Source: Desulfurococcaceae archaeon
GTDB taxonomy: Archaea > Thermoproteota > Thermoprotei_A > Sulfolobales > Desulfurococcaceae
NCBI GenBank assembly: GCA_038888155.1
Contig: JAWAJB010000001.1
Span: forward strand, 1 to 64,000
DNA length: 64,000 nt
Direction: 5' to 3'
The notes under the pieces were generated by a model. It was not told the origin of the DNA, searched no databases, and was given only the letters and a program-made list of their open reading frames with translations. Positions 61,377 through 64,000 of the stretch are shown here, in pieces. The position numbers and the translations under genes are program-made. Each line of letters starts with the position of its first letter. Position 1 is the stretch's first letter.

Positions 61377-61547
61377 AAATATCCACGCTCTATAATCAAC
61401 TATAATATAAATAAACGAAAATACATTAAAAACTGTAAAAGCTATTTTCAAAAGATCTACGCCTTAACTTGCCCTGCAGTTGATTCACTTACTTTCAGGG
61501 AACTATTAAAGACTCCTTTGTAATAACTTAATTATTAAAGGAGAGAT

Positions 61548-62342
61548 TTGGCGGTTTCAATGGTAGTTGTTAGCCCAAAGCTATTGGATTCTATGATATC
61601 CAATAACGAACTACTGTTAAAGGCTTATCAATTAGTTGAAGGCGACCCCGAGGTCCAGGCATTATGGTTTATGGCTAATACCATGGCCGTTAATAGATTG
61701 AAGTACAACGACCATGGGCCTGTACACGCCAGAATAACAGCAGGTATTGCACTCTATATCTATCAGCTGTTGCGAGATAGCGGAGTTGAACCAACATTGA
61801 TCAGGGATGGCGTCATTGAAAGAGAGGACTTAATCCCACTTGTGCCACTTCTTGGCGGGCTACTTCACGATATAGGTAATAGTATACACAGAGATATGCA
61901 CGAGAAAACTGGTGCCCTAATGGCAAAGCCTATACTTGATAGAGTATTGAAGAATTTTATTAACGATTATTACACACTTGTAAAGATTAGACAGGAGATA
62001 ATGCACGCTATACACTGTACAAGCTATAGCGTCGAGTGTCTATCGATTGAAGCTAGCTGCGTAAAAATTGGCGACGGTCTAGATATGGCAGAAGGTAGAG
62101 CCCGAGTTCCATACAAACTCGGAGGGATAACAATACACAGCGTGTCTGCGCTTAGTGTTAAGAGAGTAGAAATAACTCCATCAGAAAGGCGTCCTGTTAG
62201 AATAAATATATATATGTCCGAGAAGGCAGGCATATTTCAAGTGGATAATGTATTGATGCCAAAGCTCAAGACAACGCCAATAAAAGATTACATTGAGATC
62301 TACACCATAGTTGATAGTTCTTATCTAAAGTCTTATCCATAA
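61548..62342 (+). CDS. HD-domain metal-dependent phosphohydrolase
   Basis: RLKYNDHGPVHA, LLHDIGNSIHR, HAIHC, GDGLDMAEGRAR, IHSVSA. Confidence 0.9.
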   Translation: MAVSMVVVSPKLLDSMISNNELLLKAYQLVEGDPEVQALWFMANTMAVNRLKYNDHGPVHARITAGIALYIYQLLRDSGVEPTLIRDGVIEREDLIPLVPLLGGLLHDIGNSIHRDMHEKTGALMAKPILDRVLKNFINDYYTLVKIRQEIMHAIHCTSYSVECLSIEASCVKIGDGLDMAEGRARVPYKLGGITIHSVSALSVKRVEITPSERRPVRINIYMSEKAGIFQVDNVLMPKLKTTPIKDYIEIYTIVDSSYLKSYP

Positions 62343-62659
62343 CAATATTGGACATCTTACCCATTAAGTTGTTTCTGTATCTATTTGCCACGAAAGTGGA
62401 GAATATACGTTGGATTCGACCTGCATATTCATTAATATCAAATTAACCTATTACGCATGTCAAAGGGCAAATCAATTGGTAGTAAAGGACTCCTAGATTT
62501 CCCCAAGAGAGAGCTATTTGCAGGGACAAGGACAAATAAGCATAAAAAATGAAAGGCTGTGTTAATTTCAGTGCAAAAATTCAATAAATTACAAAAACAG
62601 TGGCTAATAATGTACTCTAGATGAAAGGCGTTTTCGCAACAATATTATACTTGAATTAT

Positions 62660-63790
62660 CTAAGCTGTTTCTTTAATGATTTTTACTTTAAACTCTACGC
62701 CTAGTTTTTCCCCTTCCTCTTTTATTTCTCTAAGAATGTTCTTATGTATGGGCACCCCAATTTTTTTCCGCGTCTCCATTGTTAACCAAGCTTTCTCGCC
62801 CGGTATCCATATCTCAAGATCATTTGAGATCTTCTTGAGGGCTTTAATGTATTTCCTATAGCCCTCTATTCTCTCTAAGAACTCGTCTATTGGAGTGATC
62901 TTACTAATGTCTATTGCTATCATAAAGTGACCTACATTGGGGGGTTCATTGCCAGTTGATTCTTTAATGAAAGTGCCGTAATTGGCCCCCGTTAAAACAC
63001 CACATAATATATCAACAACTAAGGCTAGGCCCGCGCCCTTATGTCCCCCGAAATCCTCTCCCAAGCCGCCAAGAGGCAATATTGAGCCCTTCTTATCTAA
63101 AACCTCCTTGGGGTCTTCCTCGGGTTTACCATTGGGGGATAGTGCCCATCCAAATGGTATTTTTTTCCCCTGCTTGGCGTATACCTCTATTTTACCTATT
63201 GGGACGACACTTGTAGCTGCATCGAATAAGACTGGCGGCGGATTTTTAGTAGGAAATCCTACAGCTATTGGATTCGTGCCTATATTTCGGCCAACAGTGT
63301 TTGTGTATGAAACAAGGGCACCTGAGTTAGTCATTACAATTCCAATCATATTTCTCTTGACTGCCTGTAGAGCATAGTAGCCAGCTATGCCGAAATGATT
63401 GCTGTTCTTTATGCCGACAACAGAGACTCCAATGTTCGCAGCTTTCTTGATTGCCATCTCCATGGCTTCATACGAAACAACCTGTCCAAGTCCAGCCCCC
63501 CCATCGACTAGATATGTTGTGGGGGTTTCAACGACTATTTTAATCTCTGTTTTAGGCTTAATCATTCCATTCTTAATTCCACTAGTGTATCTCCTTAATC
63601 GCTGGACGCCGTGGCTTTCAATGCCCATGAGGTCTGCTACTACTAGAACGTCTGCAGCTATTTCTGCGTGTTTCCACGGAACGTCAACGGAGTGCAGCAC
63701 CTCTGCTACGTATCTCTTCAGTGATTCCCACTCAACCCTCACAAATTCCTCAGAAGGAGTAGGAATAGTTTTTTCAAAAAGTTTTGACAA
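62660..63790 (-). CDS. Type-2 malate/L-lactate dehydrogenase family (Ldh_2) oxidoreductase
   Basis: ADLMGIESHG, DGGAGLGQ, NSNHFG, GTNP, DAATS, LPLGG..GGHKGAGL, IPGE. Confidence 0.93.
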   Translation of the reverse strand: MSKLFEKTIPTPSEEFVRVEWESLKRYVAEVLHSVDVPWKHAEIAADVLVVADLMGIESHGVQRLRRYTSGIKNGMIKPKTEIKIVVETPTTYLVDGGAGLGQVVSYEAMEMAIKKAANIGVSVVGIKNSNHFGIAGYYALQAVKRNMIGIVMTNSGALVSYTNTVGRNIGTNPIAVGFPTKNPPPVLFDAATSVVPIGKIEVYAKQGKKIPFGWALSPNGKPEEDPKEVLDKKGSILPLGGLGEDFGGHKGAGLALVVDILCGVLTGANYGTFIKESTGNEPPNVGHFMIAIDISKITPIDEFLERIEGYRKYIKALKKISNDLEIWIPGEKAWLTMETRKKIGVPIHKNILREIKEEGEKLGVEFKVKIIKETA

Positions 63791-63911
63791 AATATCACCT
63801 GAAGTAGATAGGCTTTTTACCCATATAAAACTGTTATTGAGGTGGTTTACTTCAAATAATAATTTATGGTAATTATTTTTACCCGGTAGCTACATTATAA
63901 CAAACTGGGGT

Positions 63912-64000
63912 ATGCGCTTGGTTAAAGGAGTTGCTGGTCACATACTTCATATTGATTTGTCAACGGGCAAAATCTACACTACTAACACGGATGCTGGCTT
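63912..64000 (+). CDS. Aldehyde:ferredoxin oxidoreductase family protein, 5' fragment (runs off the window)
   Basis: Hand translation MRLVKGVAGHILHIDLSTGKI matches the AOR-family N-terminus (G-x-x-G-x-IL-x-VDLS/T-T-G). Only 29 codons are visible. Confidence 0.65.
   Translation, partial: MRLVKGVAGHILHIDLSTGKIYTTNTDAG

Noticed and set aside
62400-62430. GGATTCGAC inside a weak hairpin, resembling a tRNA T-loop
   Set aside because: No acceptor, D or anticodon arms, and too AT-rich for a tRNA.

Overview
A gene-dense, moderately AT-rich stretch of archaeal core chromosome. The gene content (TIP49, RIO2, archaeal MAT, Lsm, TFB-like protein, DUF2153, GGTGA Shine-Dalgarno motifs, TATA/BRE promoters) points to an anaerobic thermophilic crenarchaeote, probably Desulfurococcales; this is an inference. 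I see about 58 protein-coding genes and no rRNA, tRNA, CRISPR array or mobile element. The main blocks are: redox defence (thioredoxin-like, rubrerythrin, flavodiiron protein); cofactor salvage (FolE2/MptA, thiM-thiE, VUT, nadE); stand-alone TrpB2; a BMP-type ABC transporter; a BarR/Grp-like regulator with an omega-aminotransferase and semialdehyde dehydrogenase; an RNA/ribosome block (Sfm1-like, RqcH, MAT, DUF460, RIO2, TIP49, JAMM, RNase HII, DRG); a 2-oxoacid:ferredoxin oxidoreductase operon with fused alpha-beta subunits; and a tartrate/fumarate hydro-lyase plus malic enzyme module. The best leads are a CCDC47-like membrane protein, an EMC6-like protein head-to-head with RqcH, a TFB lacking its Zn-ribbon, the divergent fused oxidoreductase operon, an OGG1-like glycosylase with a Cys4 insert next to a radical SAM gene, and clear operator palindromes before thiM and in the barR intergenic region. 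All family calls come from reading motifs by eye and from recalled sequences; no database search was run.
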